From Negaprion brevirostris (Eukaryota), in NCBI GenBank assembly GCA_030324005.1, contig JARDVH010000133.1, positions 24,674,527 through 24,738,526 on the forward strand: 64,000 bases of DNA, in the 5' to 3' direction. The notes beneath the pieces were generated by a model, which was given only the letters and a program-made list of their open reading frames with translations, made no database searches and was not told the DNA's origin. Each line of letters opens with the position of its first letter. Position 1 is the stretch's first letter. A program made the translations under genes and the position numbers. Below are positions 10,591-23,274 of this stretch, piece by piece.

Positions 10591-12942
10591 AATATAAAAT
10601 GGCCATTGAAGGTTGCGTTGTAGGGGGGGGGGGCATGCATTAAAAGGGGAGCTAGAAATAGTCTTGGTTTAAATTTGAGGTTGTTGTCCCAACTTTTGTT
10701 TGTGTTTCCCGTCCCCCACGTTTGCACGTTATTGCTGTATGTTGATGGTCATACCAAATGTTTTGGCCGTATTACTTTATGGAACCGTGACAATATTTCA
10801 TGCAAGGGGTTGCCCTTTGGGACACCTACTTTGCTTGTGTTTTTAGGATGTGGGAAAGGTGGAGCAGTGGCCGGGGGGGGGTGGGNNNNNNNNNNNNNNN
10901 NNNNNNNNNNNNNNNNNNNNNNNNNNNNNNNNNNNNNNNNNNNNNNNNNNNNNNNNNNNNNNNNNNNNNNNNNNNNNNNNNNNNNNNNNNNNNNNNNNNN
11001 NNNNNNNNNNNNNNNNNNNNNNNNNNNNNNNNNNNNNNNNNNNNNNNNNNNNNNNNNNNNNNNNNNNNNNNNNNNNNNNNNNNNNNNNNNNNNNNNNNNN
11101 NNNNNNNNNNNNNNNNNNNNNNNNNNNNNNNNNNNNNNNNNNNNNNNNNNNNNNNNNNNNNNNNNNNNNNNNNNNNNNNNNNNNNNNNNNNNNNNNNNNN
11201 NNNNNNNNNNNNNNNNNNNNNNNNNNNNNNNNNNNNNNNNNNNNNNNNNNNNNNNNNNNNNNNNNNNNNNNNNNNNNNNNNNNNNNNNNNCTGGTTGAGA
11301 GCTGACCCACAGCTGAAGCAGAACCTGTTTAAAAACCAGGCCGGATAAGCAGCCAAGTGATCAAGTGGGTCCAAATAATGCAACGCTCACCGCAGGGCTA
11401 ATCAGTGGCCCCATTGAGAAAAATCTGTTAATTTTTTAAAAAAACCTGTGCCTTTTTGATATTTGAAATAAAAAATGTTGTTCCAAAGGAAGTGCACTTC
11501 AAAAAATTGTGGGTTTTTTTGGTTCCTGCATCTAATGTCAGTCAAAGATAAAAACTTATTAGGAAGATACCCACTCCAATCAATATGCAATCTGGCTAAA
11601 AGCACATCTGTGATATATTGAAAATTATTCTGAAATCTCAACATATTGTCTGCATGAGAACGAGTGGCGTAGTCAGTGCCTGCTTTATGCTGGCCTGATG
11701 CTAAGGAACTGTCTTGATGTTGCCACTGGTCTCCTCCCGTTACACACAACAAGGATCCAGTATTTTCAATCAAACCTGAAGCATTCCATTTGTTTTGCTT
11801 TCAAGAGACTGGGGGGGGGGGAAGCTCATTCCTGCCATTAATCCTTACTGTTTCTGTTTTGATTGTTCTAAGGAGAGGCTCATGTGTAAAATGCATCTAT
11901 TGGGCAAATGCAACTTATCGTGATAAACTGCCTTCCTATCTCAGATCATTGAGTAATGACAGGCAATAGGGCCAGGAATTTTGTTGTTGTAGGTTACAGA
12001 TAATTAACGTCGTTGAAAGAAGCCTGCCCTGCTGGCGTCTCGCTGGCTGGCCCCTGTCTGGCATCTTCAGTCAAGTTCCAGATCTAGCTAAAGTTATCAG
12101 CAGAATGTCTTCCCTGGGTAGATAAGATAGTGATGTTCTGTCATAGAACCCAATTTACTGTACAGCCCAGCTAATAACTGCAGGGTTAGCCATTATTTCT
12201 GTGACTTCTAATTTCTTATTCTGCAAATGTATCTGTCTGCTATTTCAAACTGTATTTGTGATGCTATTTATTCTCACTCTTTAATCTCTCGAGAAGCATT
12301 TCGGCATATTAAACCAAGAATTGGGTGTATTCATAATAAATGAGGAAATGTTTTTTTTTCTCTGTCGATTCCCCAAAGCTGTGAAGGAATTTATTCTTTG
12401 ATCATCTGATGCATCCAAAGTCTTGGATTTAGATACTTTTGACAGGAGGTTCGCTTGATTCACAGTACTCCTTAACAGAGAGCTACCCAGCAGGAGATGA
12501 AAGTTGATACAGCATTAGAAATATTTGCTGGAGGTAAAAAAAACTCAGCACTTTAAGGCTACATTTAGCTTAAAACAAAGGAGAGCCTTTGCTTCTGAGT
12601 TTAACAACAGTGGCTCTGAAATCCCCCTTAATTTAGAGCCCATCAGTTTTGGGTTACAAGATTTCTGATTAAGGGTCAGAAGATAACGTTGTACCAGAAT
12701 GCCTTAGCTTAAACAGTCTAGTGGTGAATCTCCATTTACACAAACAAATCTAATAATATTGCTGTATAATTACATGATGAGTTAATAATTGACTTACTAC
12801 TCCAACTAATGTAGGGAAAAAGGCTCACAAGTTTTGATTTTTTTATATAAATTTTCCAAAGCAGTAAGGAACTATTCTTTAGAGTATTTAGAATGTGACC
12901 GTCCCATTTACGATTTTGAAACTTGCTTTGGTGATGTGAAGT

Positions 12943-13347
12943 GGAGGCAATGGCCTAGTGGTATTATTGCTAGACTATTAATCCAGTAACTCAGTTAATG
13001 TTTTGGGGACCCAGGTTTGAATCCTACCACAGATGGTGGAATTTGAATTTAGTAAAAAATATCTGGAATTAAGAATCTACTGATGACCATGAAACCATTG
13101 TTGATTATCAGAAAAACCCATCTGGTTTGCTAAGGTCATTCAGGGAAGGAAATCTGCTGTCCCTACCCGGTTTGGCCTACATCTGACTCCAGAACCACAG
13201 CCGTATGGTTTACTGTCAACAGCCCTTTGAAATGACCTAGCAAACCACTCAGTTGTTCAAGAAGGCAGCTCATCACCACTTTCTCAAGGGCAATTAGGGA
13301 TGGGCAATAAATGCTGGCCCAGCCAGCAACATCCATGAATAAAAAAA
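12943..13347 (+). mobile_element. tRNA-derived SINE, second family (family B)
   Basis: ggaggcaatggcctagtggt...ggtttgaatcc head; tail gggcaattagggatgggcaataaatgctggc...catgaataaaaaaa shared with the LINE at 21540-22110; copies at 23624 and 40213. Confidence 0.85.
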
Positions 13348-13442
13348 GTAGTATGTTGTTCTGTGATCTTTCCTCCATTTGAAGGGCTAGGAGCTGCGGG
13401 AGTTTGAGATCATGTGACATTCTGGAGTTGGGCAAAGACCTA

Positions 13443-14148
13443 ATTGCTCCTGTTTTTTTTTCACCATTTGCCCTTCCACGTTCTGCAATGCATCTCTAAA
13501 GGAGATTTGATAAAATCATGAGAGAATTCACAAGACTGATGAAGCTTTGATACCATTAGTCAGGACGTTTCCAAATCCTTTTTATTTGCAGGTCATGTGG
13601 ATTGTAAAAGCAACCCAGTTAATTTATTGCCTGTAATTTTCTCCCAGCAACTGAAGCTGCTAACATTCTCATTAAGTTTCTGTAGGGGCCAGCATTACTT
13701 ATACCTTTGTGGGCTGACTGTTTGTGCATGAGCATGTCACATTACTCCCCCTGATTCTCCTTAACCTCTCTAAATCCATACTCAATAAACACAGTCAAAG
13801 TGAGAGGCAGTCACGTGAAGGGTGATGTGGAACTTAGAAGTCGTTAGCATTGTTGCCTGATAGTGCCAGGGACCCTGGTTTGATTCCCGGCTCAGATCAT
13901 TATGTTGAGTTTGCACATTCTCCCATGTTGGCGTGGGTTTCCTCTGGGTGCTCCGGTTTCCACCCACACTCCAAAGATCTGCAGGTTAGCTGGATTAGCT
14001 ATGCTAAATTTTCCCATTTGATACTGATAGTATCAAAGCTTCATCAGTCTTGTGAATTCTTTCATGATTTTATCAAATCTCCTTTAGAGATGCATTGCAG
14101 AACGTGGAAGGGCAAATGGTGAAAAAAACAGGAGCAAACAGGAGCAAT
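13443..14148. repeat. Near-identical ~120-bp inverted duplication (13443-13562 vs 14019-14148)
   Basis: caccatttgcccttccacgttctgcaatgcatctctaaaggagatttg is the reverse complement of caaatctcctttagagatgcattgcagaacgtggaagggcaaatggtg. Confidence 0.97.
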
Positions 14149-14178
14149 GATTCTATAATTCTATAATTCTGATTCTAC
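13839..14178 (+). mobile_element. HE1 SINE with 3' body replaced by the inverted local copy
   Basis: Head/core 13839-14016, foreign 14019-14148, then HE1-type tail gattctataattctataattctgattcta. Confidence 0.85.
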
Positions 14179-14874
14179 AATTCAGGGTATTGTTATAAAT
14201 AATGGTAACCAGAGTGTAACCAAAAGGGACAAAACATGCAAACATGAAGAATGCACCAACAAATATGGCTGGTGTAGGGAAAAACAGCCTTAACCAGGCA
14301 GAGGGGAAGGAGGATTCAGTCAAAGGAAGATTTGGAAATCTAAAGATAAAAGTTGAGGCAATAGAAGATTTAAAGTAAAGTTAAAGTTTATTTATTAGTC
14401 ACAAGTAAAGCTTACATTGACACTGCAATAAAGTTATTGTGATGTAAAGACAAGATGAGAGGGATGGTGAGTTTAATAGTCATAGTGCATTAGAGGGTAA
14501 GGTTCTGCGTAGGGAATAGTCATTAAATTGAAGCCACTTGATCTGGGTGAATGGAGCACCTACAGTAAGATAAATGAACTAGTGGCACAAATGGGGGTAA
14601 ATGATAACATCAGAATATTAGTGAGAGAGGCAGGGTTATTTAACAATGTCATGTTAAAAGTTCCACTCGGAAATAGTGATCTTAATACAACTGAGTTCCA
14701 CACTAAGCTTGAAAACGACATGATCTGATCACAAGCAAAATCAATTAAATAGATACTAGGAGAATTTAGTCTCATAAGTAGTCTCATAGGCATTCAGTTC
14801 TGTTGGGACTAGTCCAAAGTGATATTAAGCTCCTGAGAGTTTACTTCCATTCTTCCCCTTTCCCAACCCTGCCT

Positions 14875-15224
14875 GTAGACCAAATCTTCCCTCTTATGGG
14901 GCAATCATGAACAAGACGTCACAGTTATTAGGTTGTGAGGTGGTAGGTTTAAAACTGAGATAAGAAGGAACTACTTCTTGCAGAGGGTGGTGAATTTGTG
15001 GAACTTGCTCCCCCATAGCACAATGGAGTCTGAATCATTGACTGGCTTCAAGAAGGAGATAGATATATTTCTAATTTTAAATAAGAGATAATAGGATATG
15101 GAGAACAGGTGGGATGGTGGATTTGAGACCAGGCAGAGATCAGTCATGATCTGATTGAACAGCGGAGCAGGCTCAAAGGGCTGAATTTGCCTATTTCTGC
15201 TCCTAATTCCAATGTTCCTATGTT
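14875..15224 (+). mobile_element. CR1/HER1 LINE 3' end
   Basis: agaaggaactacttcttgcagagggtggtgaatttgtggaac...ctatttctgctcctaattccaatgttcctatgtt. Confidence 0.88.
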
Positions 15225-15960
15225 GCAGTCCAGTGCTGGAGTGAGACTTGAACCCAGAATCTTGTGGTGCAGTGAAAACACTATTCAACTACAGCTGGCA
15301 CACAGTCTCGGGACTGTAGACCAATTAGCTTAATATCTGGGATAGGAAACAGATACAGGACTTGAATCTTTATGACTTTATATTGTTAAGATTCCATGGA
15401 GACTAACAAATTTAAAAAAATCATAACAACTTTTCCCAAAGGCAATAGATAACATAACAAGACTTCATGTTTTTAAGATTTTTACTGCAACGTTTCCAAA
15501 ATGAACATTGACTAAATCTTACTTAATAGGTAATTAAATGCACTAAACTGGAGAAGATACATTCCCCGGTGGCTTCCCACCCAAAAGCCCCGTGCCATGT
15601 TTATACATTTACAGCACATTCCCAGCAGACATCTAGACGTGTCTTTTAAAGTTCCCAAAGGTCTCCGTGCCCCTGTAAGAGGCTATCTTCCACTCTCCTC
15701 ATAAACCAATTTCCCTTCATTCAATCTTCTGAATGGATCTCCAGCAGCAAGCACCCTGCCTGCTGGCGACGCTTCTGTCTTCTCCACAATAGGCTTTGGT
15801 CCTTCATTTAGGGATTCCATCCTCCCAAGCACTCTGCTTGGTGGGTAACCAGGAATGGCAGCACCCGCTGAGGTGGTCTTTCCCTAAATCCTTTTGGTCT
15901 TGCCACGTCAGAGAGTCATTGGTCTGCATCTTTAAGGTCAGTCAGCTGCTTTGTGTCCAT

Positions 15961-16102
15961 GAGGGGAGTTTTTTCATCCTGCCTGCCACAGGAACCATAG
16001 TCGCGGGGAGGGTTGAGAGGAAGGGAGTGGATCATGCAAAGGTGTGTTGATCTTGGACGGGATTTTCCCGTTTTGGGCGAGTGCAGCCAGAAAATCCCGC
16101 CC
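15961..16102. mobile_element. MITE (PIF/Harbinger-like) with 3-bp TSD CAT
   Basis: Termini gaggggagttttttc...gaaaatcccgccc, flanked by CAT at 15958-15960 and 16103-16105. Confidence 0.65.
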
Positions 16103-16287
16103 CATGTGTTCACGTCGGGTGTTAGCTTTCANNNNNNNNNNNNNNNNNNNNNNNNNNNNNNNNNNNNNNNNNNNNNNNNNNNNNNNNNNNNNNNNNNNNN
16201 NNNNNNNNNNNNNNNNNNNNNNNNNNNNNNNCCATGTGTTCAAGTCGGGTGTTAGCTTTCAATAATTTTTTTAAGCCTGGGCCTTAA

Positions 16288-16332
16288 GTCCCCATGGCAA
16301 CCAAAGGACATGGGACTGTCACTGGGCGGAGC
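16288..16332. promoter_or_regulatory. Candidate RFX X-box plus GC box
   Basis: GTCCCCATGGCAAC at 16288-16301 and GGGCGGAGC at 16324-16332. Confidence 0.35.
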
Positions 16333-17824
16333 TTCTGACAAAACCATCTCCCATTCCAAGGGATTATATTTTGCCTTATAGGAGATAGTTTAAAATGTAA
16401 CTACCTTGTATCGTCTGGCAGTTATGACAATATTCTCTTTTTGACAATGTCAGTGAGTTGTAGGTTGGCCCCCCCCAAGGTACAGTGGAGCAATTCTGTT
16501 TTGATATATAAACGACTAAGTGTTAATGAACGCAAGTTTGTGTTTTGTTACAACAAATTCGGACGTTAAGTCCGATTACGGCTTGTGGTGCAACTTTGAG
16601 GCTAAGATTGGTCTCCAAGGTAAATTTTCTATTTTTAAATCCTGGACTACAGGGTTGACTTTGTAATATGTGAACAATGAAAAAAAGGCAACTGCAGGGT
16701 GTATTCCCTGAGGAACAGAGAATCATTTCAGTGAAATCATCAAACGTATTGATGGCTGTTAAGGAGAATCATAGAAATTTGTGATGTTGAGCTAATAAGC
16801 AGTTGGAGCTACCAGTCTGTCAGACCTAGTCTGTGGAATTGAGCCAAATTGATTTGTCAGTCACAAGTGCAGAAGGCTGCCAACCAGCTACATTGCTGCA
16901 TAGTGTAGGCTTAATCGATAAACCCCCCTATAGTAGTATTGTTTGTTCAGTGTAGCAAGGTTAGGCGGTATAGCGTTTTCAGATTTTTGTTTTGTTGGAT
17001 GGATTTATGAAAGGTCCGTTAAAAAAGTATAAAGCATTAGTACATTGCGGAAACTAATGAATAGCTGGTTTGGCTCGCAACCTTGGTGACCCGACTGAAG
17101 CAGGCTGTGTGGAGAAAGGGCTTGATATTATGACACATAAAGGAACCGAAACATCGTAATTGGAAATGTCAGTGTGTTTTATTGACTGTACGAGGTGGCA
17201 GAGGCTCAAGCTGGTGTTCTAAAACTGACCAGGTCTTTGTGGGGAGGGGGGTGGTTCTCCTAATTGTTGACTTGCTGTTGGTCATGAAACATGCACTCGT
17301 ACCCTGTGATGGATTTCTAAAGGTCGATGGGTGAATGAGTCAGGTAAATTGACTGTAAATGTTATCTGTTAAAGGTCTCATTTCGTGGCCACCTTTAGAG
17401 TGCAGAACACTTGGCCTCATCCTATTCCATTTTTATTTTGCTGCACTTGTATTGTCAGGTTAGGCGTCTCTGCAGAACCCCGAAACATGGGATGGGGTCT
17501 CACCCATCTCCAGTCCGATCAATGTTGAGTTTCTGCAGAACACAACATTTTCTTTGACCATGTGATGGCCAGTGGTTTTTCAAAGCAAACTGAAAAATCT
17601 TGTCCGCCACCGCCCCCCCCCGCTCCCATTTTGGTGGAGGTGTGAAGTCCTGTTGGGTTGCGTTTCGCTTGGCGTATTGCCCCAAATAATTCTTCATTAT
17701 GAACTGTACAGTTATTGTATTTAGCTGCTTGGTAAATATAATACAGGCTCTAATATATTAAAGGGGACATGTAGCTGGATATTGGATTGGGAGTTGGAGG
17801 AATGGTGGGTGCGCGTGTGCAGGA

Positions 17825-18010
17825 ACACACAGCCAAACTCTAATCCTGTCTTCACCAGGTATTTGCTCACCAGTACCTTTACCAGGAGCTTCCTAGATAG
17901 AAAATAGGGACCAGGTACTGTAATGATTTCTATTTCCCCTCCCATCCCACTGACTGAAAGACAGTAAGGCCTTTACAGTAAGATCAGCTAGCTTGACACT
18001 TCAATTTAAA
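17825..18010 (-). mobile_element. Ancient AmnSINE2-like SINE remnant
   Basis: cacagccaaactctaatcctgtcttcacc...agatcagctagc resembles the reverse complement of the 60285 copy; recalled similarity only. Confidence 0.4.
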
Positions 18011-18084
18011 CCACACACTATCTTTATTGATCTGTTTATGCCACATGGTAAGTTCACACATGCAGGTACTGCGAAGTTCATCTC

Positions 18085-18222
18085 ACTTTGCACTGTAGGA
18101 ACTCACCAAGGCTCCTGAGACGGCACCTTCCAAACCCACAATCGCTACTATTTAAAAGAACAAGAACAGCAGATGCCTGGGAACACCACCACTTCCAAGA
18201 CACACACCATTCTGACTTGGAA
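18085..18222 (+). mobile_element. CR1-clade LINE 3' fragment (putative partner of SINE family B)
   Basis: caccaaggctcctgagacggcaccttccaaaccc...gcagatgcctgggaacaccacc matches the reverse complement of part of 21540-22110. Confidence 0.7.
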
Positions 18223-18341
18223 TTATGGGGTAAATTTTCCGGTCTCTCCTGCCAAGGGTCAGAATTTCCAGTCTTGGGGCACACATGGCTGGAAAATCGT
18301 CCCCTACGTCTTCCTTCATGGTTGCTGCATCAAAATCCCCT

Positions 18342-18590
18342 CTCTATCCCCATGCATTTCCCGTGGCTAATACACCTAACCTGCACATCCTGGACACCAA
18401 ACGGCAATTTAGCAAGGCCAATTCGCCTAATGTGCACATTTTTGAACTATGGAAGGAAACCGGAGGAAACCCGTGTGGACATGGGGGGAATGTACAGATT
18501 CCGTGCAGACAGTGACCCAAGGCCGGAATTGGACCCAAGGCCGGAATTGAACCTGGGTCCCTGGAGCTGTGAGGCAGCAGTGTGCCACCC
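18342..18590 (-). mobile_element. HE1 SINE with internal 18-bp tandem duplication
   Basis: Reverse-complement V core; gacccaaggccggaattg x2. Confidence 0.88.
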
Positions 18591-18624
18591 CTACATACAA
18601 ATCTCCTTGCTTTTGTAAATATAA

Positions 18625-18955
18625 GGAGAATTTACATTTACACGTCATGTCCTCTGGATATTTGGAAGGACTTCACAGCCAATGGATTGCTTTTGAAAAG
18701 TGCAGGCAGTGTTGCTGCGTAGAAAATGCTGAATCCAGCCAGTGCCCAGCGAGGTATCACAGGTTGCGAATAAAAGGATGATGTATTTTTTGATTATGGG
18801 ACGAATGTTGGCCATGACATTGGGAGCCATGAATGAAGCTGGGGGAGCCTTTATACTGTGTCTGTGTGACCAGTCTGGCTTTAATGTCCCGTCCAGAAAT
18901 TGGCAGCTGTAACAATACAGCTCTCCCTTCGCACTGCATTGCAGTGAAGCGCCAG
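18625..18955 (-). mobile_element. Deu-domain SINE (SacSINE1-like), diverged
   Basis: cttcacagccaatggattgcttttgaaaagtg...ctttaatgtcccgtccagaaa...ctcccttcgcactgca; similar to the 28568 copy. Confidence 0.55.
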
Positions 18956-19809
18956 CTGAAGTTACGGGGTAGATTTTTCTTGTCCTTTGCCAGAATTTAC
19001 AGGGTCATGTGAACGTAGAAAAAATGAGTGTTGGGAGGAGCACAGACTCTGAAAGGAAGCTGCTTGGTTTTATTTATTTCATCCCCTAATGTTCATTTTA
19101 AGTGGGAGAGATGGTTATGCAGAGATCTGTTTCTCCACACCCACCCCTTTGGCTTACACTGTAGCGCTCAAAAAAACTCAGCGCATTGAGGCACAGGACA
19201 GGAAATTGGGTCAGTTGTGGCTGCGTCTCACTTTTTATACAGGGACAGAGCCTTGGCCTATTTACAGGTTCTCCTGTAGGCAGCCCGGGTCCTTCCTACT
19301 GTGTTTAATTGGAACATAAACAATCCATGAATGGTTGGCTTATGGCTTGTTCTAATTGCCCCCCGGTCAGCAATCTACAGCTTGCTATAGCAGTTGATTG
19401 GAACCGGATGTGATGGCCGTATGCTGATGTTAGGAATATGGTTGTAGGCTCAAGTGTGTGGGCCCAATCCCTCAGCAAACAGCAGATTTTTACAACATGC
19501 TTTTGTATAATGTTGTGTAATACTGGGATAAACAGATTGTAGTGACTTAGTCAGAAAGAGACCAGTGCGGCTTCTATGCTAAATGACTATGCAAGTTTTC
19601 AAAGCCCACCAAAACGGTTTTGTCAATAATATTTAACATCGGCCTGAAGATTTAACACTTCTTTTTCCAAAAGCTACCGCTTGCCCAAAATGTAGACAAA
19701 TGTGGAAGGAAATGTAACCTTCTGATAACCTCTCTCTTCAGATAACAAATTATCCAGTAGTTGCAGTGTGTAGAAGTATAGTTTGGAAAATGGACATTAA
19801 TATTGTGAG

Positions 19810-19839
19810 CTGGCAGGTTTATGCAGCCTTGGTTAAGGT
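19810..19839 (+). repeat. 30-bp exact dispersed repeat, copy 1
   Basis: CTGGCAGGTTTATGCAGCCTTGGTTAAGGT, identical at 23275-23304. Confidence 0.95.
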
Positions 19840-21539
19840 GCAGAATATATGATGGTCAGTGTGAATTGTAGGAGACTTGTCATAACCCCAAGGAAAAATA
19901 CAATTACCGAAGGCATGAGTGACCATGCAGCCCCAAGCCAGGGAGATTCTCTGAACACAACAGTAATTGAAGCTTCAGCTGTCGTTTAGATCAGTATAAA
20001 ATGCTCAAGTGTCATCTTTATACGTCAGTTGATTATTGTGTGTCAGGGTTAGTAAATTAGATGAGCTCTGAGGACAAGGACTTTTATAAAAAGAGTTGGG
20101 CAAAATCTTGTGGTGGTGACATGGGGCTCAGCTGCTGGTTGGAAAGCAGGCAACATGGCAGTGTCGCCTCCTTTTGGAGGGCCCATTGCAGCTCGTTCCA
20201 TTCAGGCACTTGACAGGCCAGCTGTGGGCCCTTCTCTGGCAGCTGCCATGAGCCGCTGACCAATTGAAAACTAGAAGCTCCATTGAGAGGCAGCACCGCT
20301 GGGGAGGCGGTGATTGTTGCTGGTATGACACCTACCCAAGGTCCAGTATTGTCACTGGATCCCAGGACAGAGATCGCGTGATGGTGGGAAAGGAGAGGGA
20401 TTTGGCAGCAAGGGCAGGGAGTGACTGTCAGGGGCACCACAATCATCCATCCCCTTTCCCAGTGCTAGATCCCTCCCTCAATCAGGCACTGAATTTCCTC
20501 TGCATTCCCCACTTGGTGAGGGCCTGCCCACTGCCGAATTGATACCCAGTGGTGACAGAATGAGACAAATTATGTGGGCATTAGCTTAAAGGCTTCAATT
20601 GGAGGTGGGGCAGGAAGGTCACCTACAAACCTTCTCAACATGGACATTTGGGATAGAGATGAGGCATCCCCCTCCTGCTCAATTTGTACCCTCCTCAACC
20701 ACTAAATGCTACAAGGAGTTGGGGGTAGGGTGGGAGGGGGAAGGAGGTATGTAGTGTCAGAGGGACAGCCTCATAACAGGTGAATGCTGTTTTGTATGGA
20801 AAGCTGTAGAAGAAAAATGCACATAACCTGAGATGAAAGTCTTCCTAGCTCAAGTCTATATTTTTGGGGAATAAAGAATTAAACTCTGTATGTGCTACAA
20901 TTATCTGAACTTCAGTATTTCCACGGTGCCAGACTGCACTGCTTTCCTTTTGAGATTCATCAGATCAAACAAACTAAATGTTGGTGAGGTTGAAAATTTA
21001 TTTCCTGCTTTGATTATCCTTGACTTGATCTTTAAAGCTCTTCCTGACAATGACTAATTTCTTGTATTGCAAAGCTTCTCGACAGAATGTTCTGGTGACA
21101 GAATCTCATGTGAATCAAATATGTTACAGTTCCACCGTTGGAACACTTCAAGAATACCCCTGTGTGGTGACAGTGTTACTGTGGGCCTGTGGTGCACAAG
21201 TGTCTTGGGAGAACCCCAGTGCACCATGTATGATGCTACACCTCTCTACAGTGCACCATTGCTGCTCAGATCCCCTCTGAGTGGGAATAACCTAATTTTG
21301 TGCTGGGCAGCATTACCAGTGGTCGAATCGAATCCTCCACAACCGTGGGTGTAAAGGAGGGTGTGAGCGGAGAGATGAAATTGGGCAATCTGTCTATTCA
21401 CTGTCCTTTTCAGTAAATCAGCTGTGAGATATTCCATAAAGAAATCCAAATGTGCAAGTCCTTTGTTCATGGAAAGTACAGGGCACAGGTGGGTGCGGGG
21501 GAGGGGATGCATTAGAAAAATAGCAAAGAATGTTATTAT

Positions 21540-22110
21540 TCTTTTATTGGGTATGCACACCACTGGCCTAGGCCAGTATTTATTGCCTATTCCAATTGCC
21601 TTTTGGAAGGTGGTGGTGTGCTGCCTTTTTGAGCCCCTGCAGTTCCTGTGGTTTCGATGTACTCTCTCAGTGCTGTTAGGAAGTCCTAGGTTTCTGACCC
21701 AGCGACGGTGAAGGAACGGTGATATATTCTCACATCAGGGTGGTGTGCGGCTGGGAAGGGAATTGTCCTTGTCCATCTAGATGGTAGAGCTTGTAGGCTT
21801 GGAAGGTGCTGTTAAAGGAACCTTGGTGAATTGATGCAGGGCATCTTGTAGATGGAGTACGCATGCTGCCTCTGTGCGTCAGTGGTGGAGTGAATGGCAT
21901 CCCATCCACAAACAATTAAGCGGGGCTGCTTTGTCCTGCATGGTGTAGAGCTTCTTGAGTATTGGAATTGCACTCATCCACACAAGAGGAGAGTATTCCA
22001 TCACACTCCTGATACGTGCCTTGTAGACGGAGGACAGGCTTCGGGAAGTCGGGAGGCAACTTGCTGCAAAATTCCCATCCTCTGATCAGCCTTCGTAGCT
22101 GCTGTATTAT
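21540..22110 (-). mobile_element. CR1-clade LINE 3' end
   Basis: ggccagtatttattgcctattccaattgcc...gaaggtggtggtg; tail shared with SINE family B. Confidence 0.75.
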
Positions 22111-23274
22111 CTGTGTGATACATTAGTATTTATAATTGTAAGTTCAGTAAGTTTGCTCTTTTTAATCCTGGAAGCCACAGGCCCCCATCAGGGGAGCGGG
22201 CTGAGAGGAGCTGCTGAACCCTGCTCTATGTGGGAACTGATTGAACATGTAGAACTGAAATGACATGATTAGCTAAACACCCTGGTTGACAACCATAGCC
22301 AGTCAGATTCATTCAATTCCCTTGCATGTTTGGGCTTGATTACTCTTCAAAGTCAGTTCCCCCAGTGACATCAGGACGCAGTATTCAAAAACGTGCAGAA
22401 AATGGACTTGTGGGGATGGGAGGGGGAAACAGTAGGATGCTTATAATTTTAATCTTTTTATTGTAATCTTTTTGTAGCCCCTTGAGTTTTGAAAGGTATA
22501 AGCCACCTGTGTCAGGATTACAAAGGGCAGAAAGAGAGAGAATTACTATTAACAGGATTGAGGGGTACTATAGAATTAGTTCCAGTGCCTGCCCTATACT
22601 GGACTAGTGATAAATCGCTGTGGAGACTATATGGAACTGCTGTGGCTTCATTGTCTGTCTGTGACCAGATTTTAAACACCCGAGTCTCTGTTATCTGCCC
22701 ACAGTGCAATAAACGGTATATTTCACTTTGGGCCTTGATGTTCAAGCGTTCGAAAATCTCAACATTTTTGCGATAGTCTAACAGTTTGCCAGATTCCATC
22801 CATGTAGTTGTTAATCAACCCGACACACAAATACGCTCGTGAGTTATCCGGTCAACATCCCTTGCAGAGATAATTTATTACATCTCACTACTGGCCGTGA
22901 AGCGTCCTCTAGTTACTTTGCCGGCTGATTTATTTTATTCACATATTGAGAATAGCTGCTTTAATAAGAATTTGATTCAGTCGATGAAATTGGCTTGAAA
23001 AGAGCACCTGTCTGTTGCCATCAACTTAATAGCATCTACGTCAACAATCCATTAATGACTCAGACGGGTTCTGATCCTCCGAGCCCACCTGAAGTCTGTC
23101 CCAGGAGTCAGTGTTGCAAACAGGAGTCAACGCATGGTGCATCTTGTGCAGCTGAAGCTTTGACACTCGATGGCAATGGAAAGCTTTTGTTTTACTGTAA
23201 AATGCCTTCCCTGCTGCATTTATTCAAATGTGCTGCAGGGAATGTGTTGTGACAGTAAGGCAGCAGCTGATAGT

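Noticed and set aside
10675-11383. Long ORFs (150-260 aa) here and at 37502-37939 and 58904-59695
   Set aside because: They consist mostly of X residues from N gaps, so they are artefacts.
16102-16261. 30-bp direct repeat ccatgtgttca(c/a)gtcgggtgttagctttca
   Set aside because: The copies flank a 100-N gap and differ at one base, most likely an unmerged allelic contig overlap.
18514-18549. 18-bp tandem duplication in HE1 (also the tcctctgggatgcg repeat at 51181-51217)
   Set aside because: Ordinary slippage-type duplications.
22489-22799. Overlapping 93-95 aa ORFs on opposite strands
   Set aside because: No recognisable homology or convincing splice context; such lengths occur by chance.
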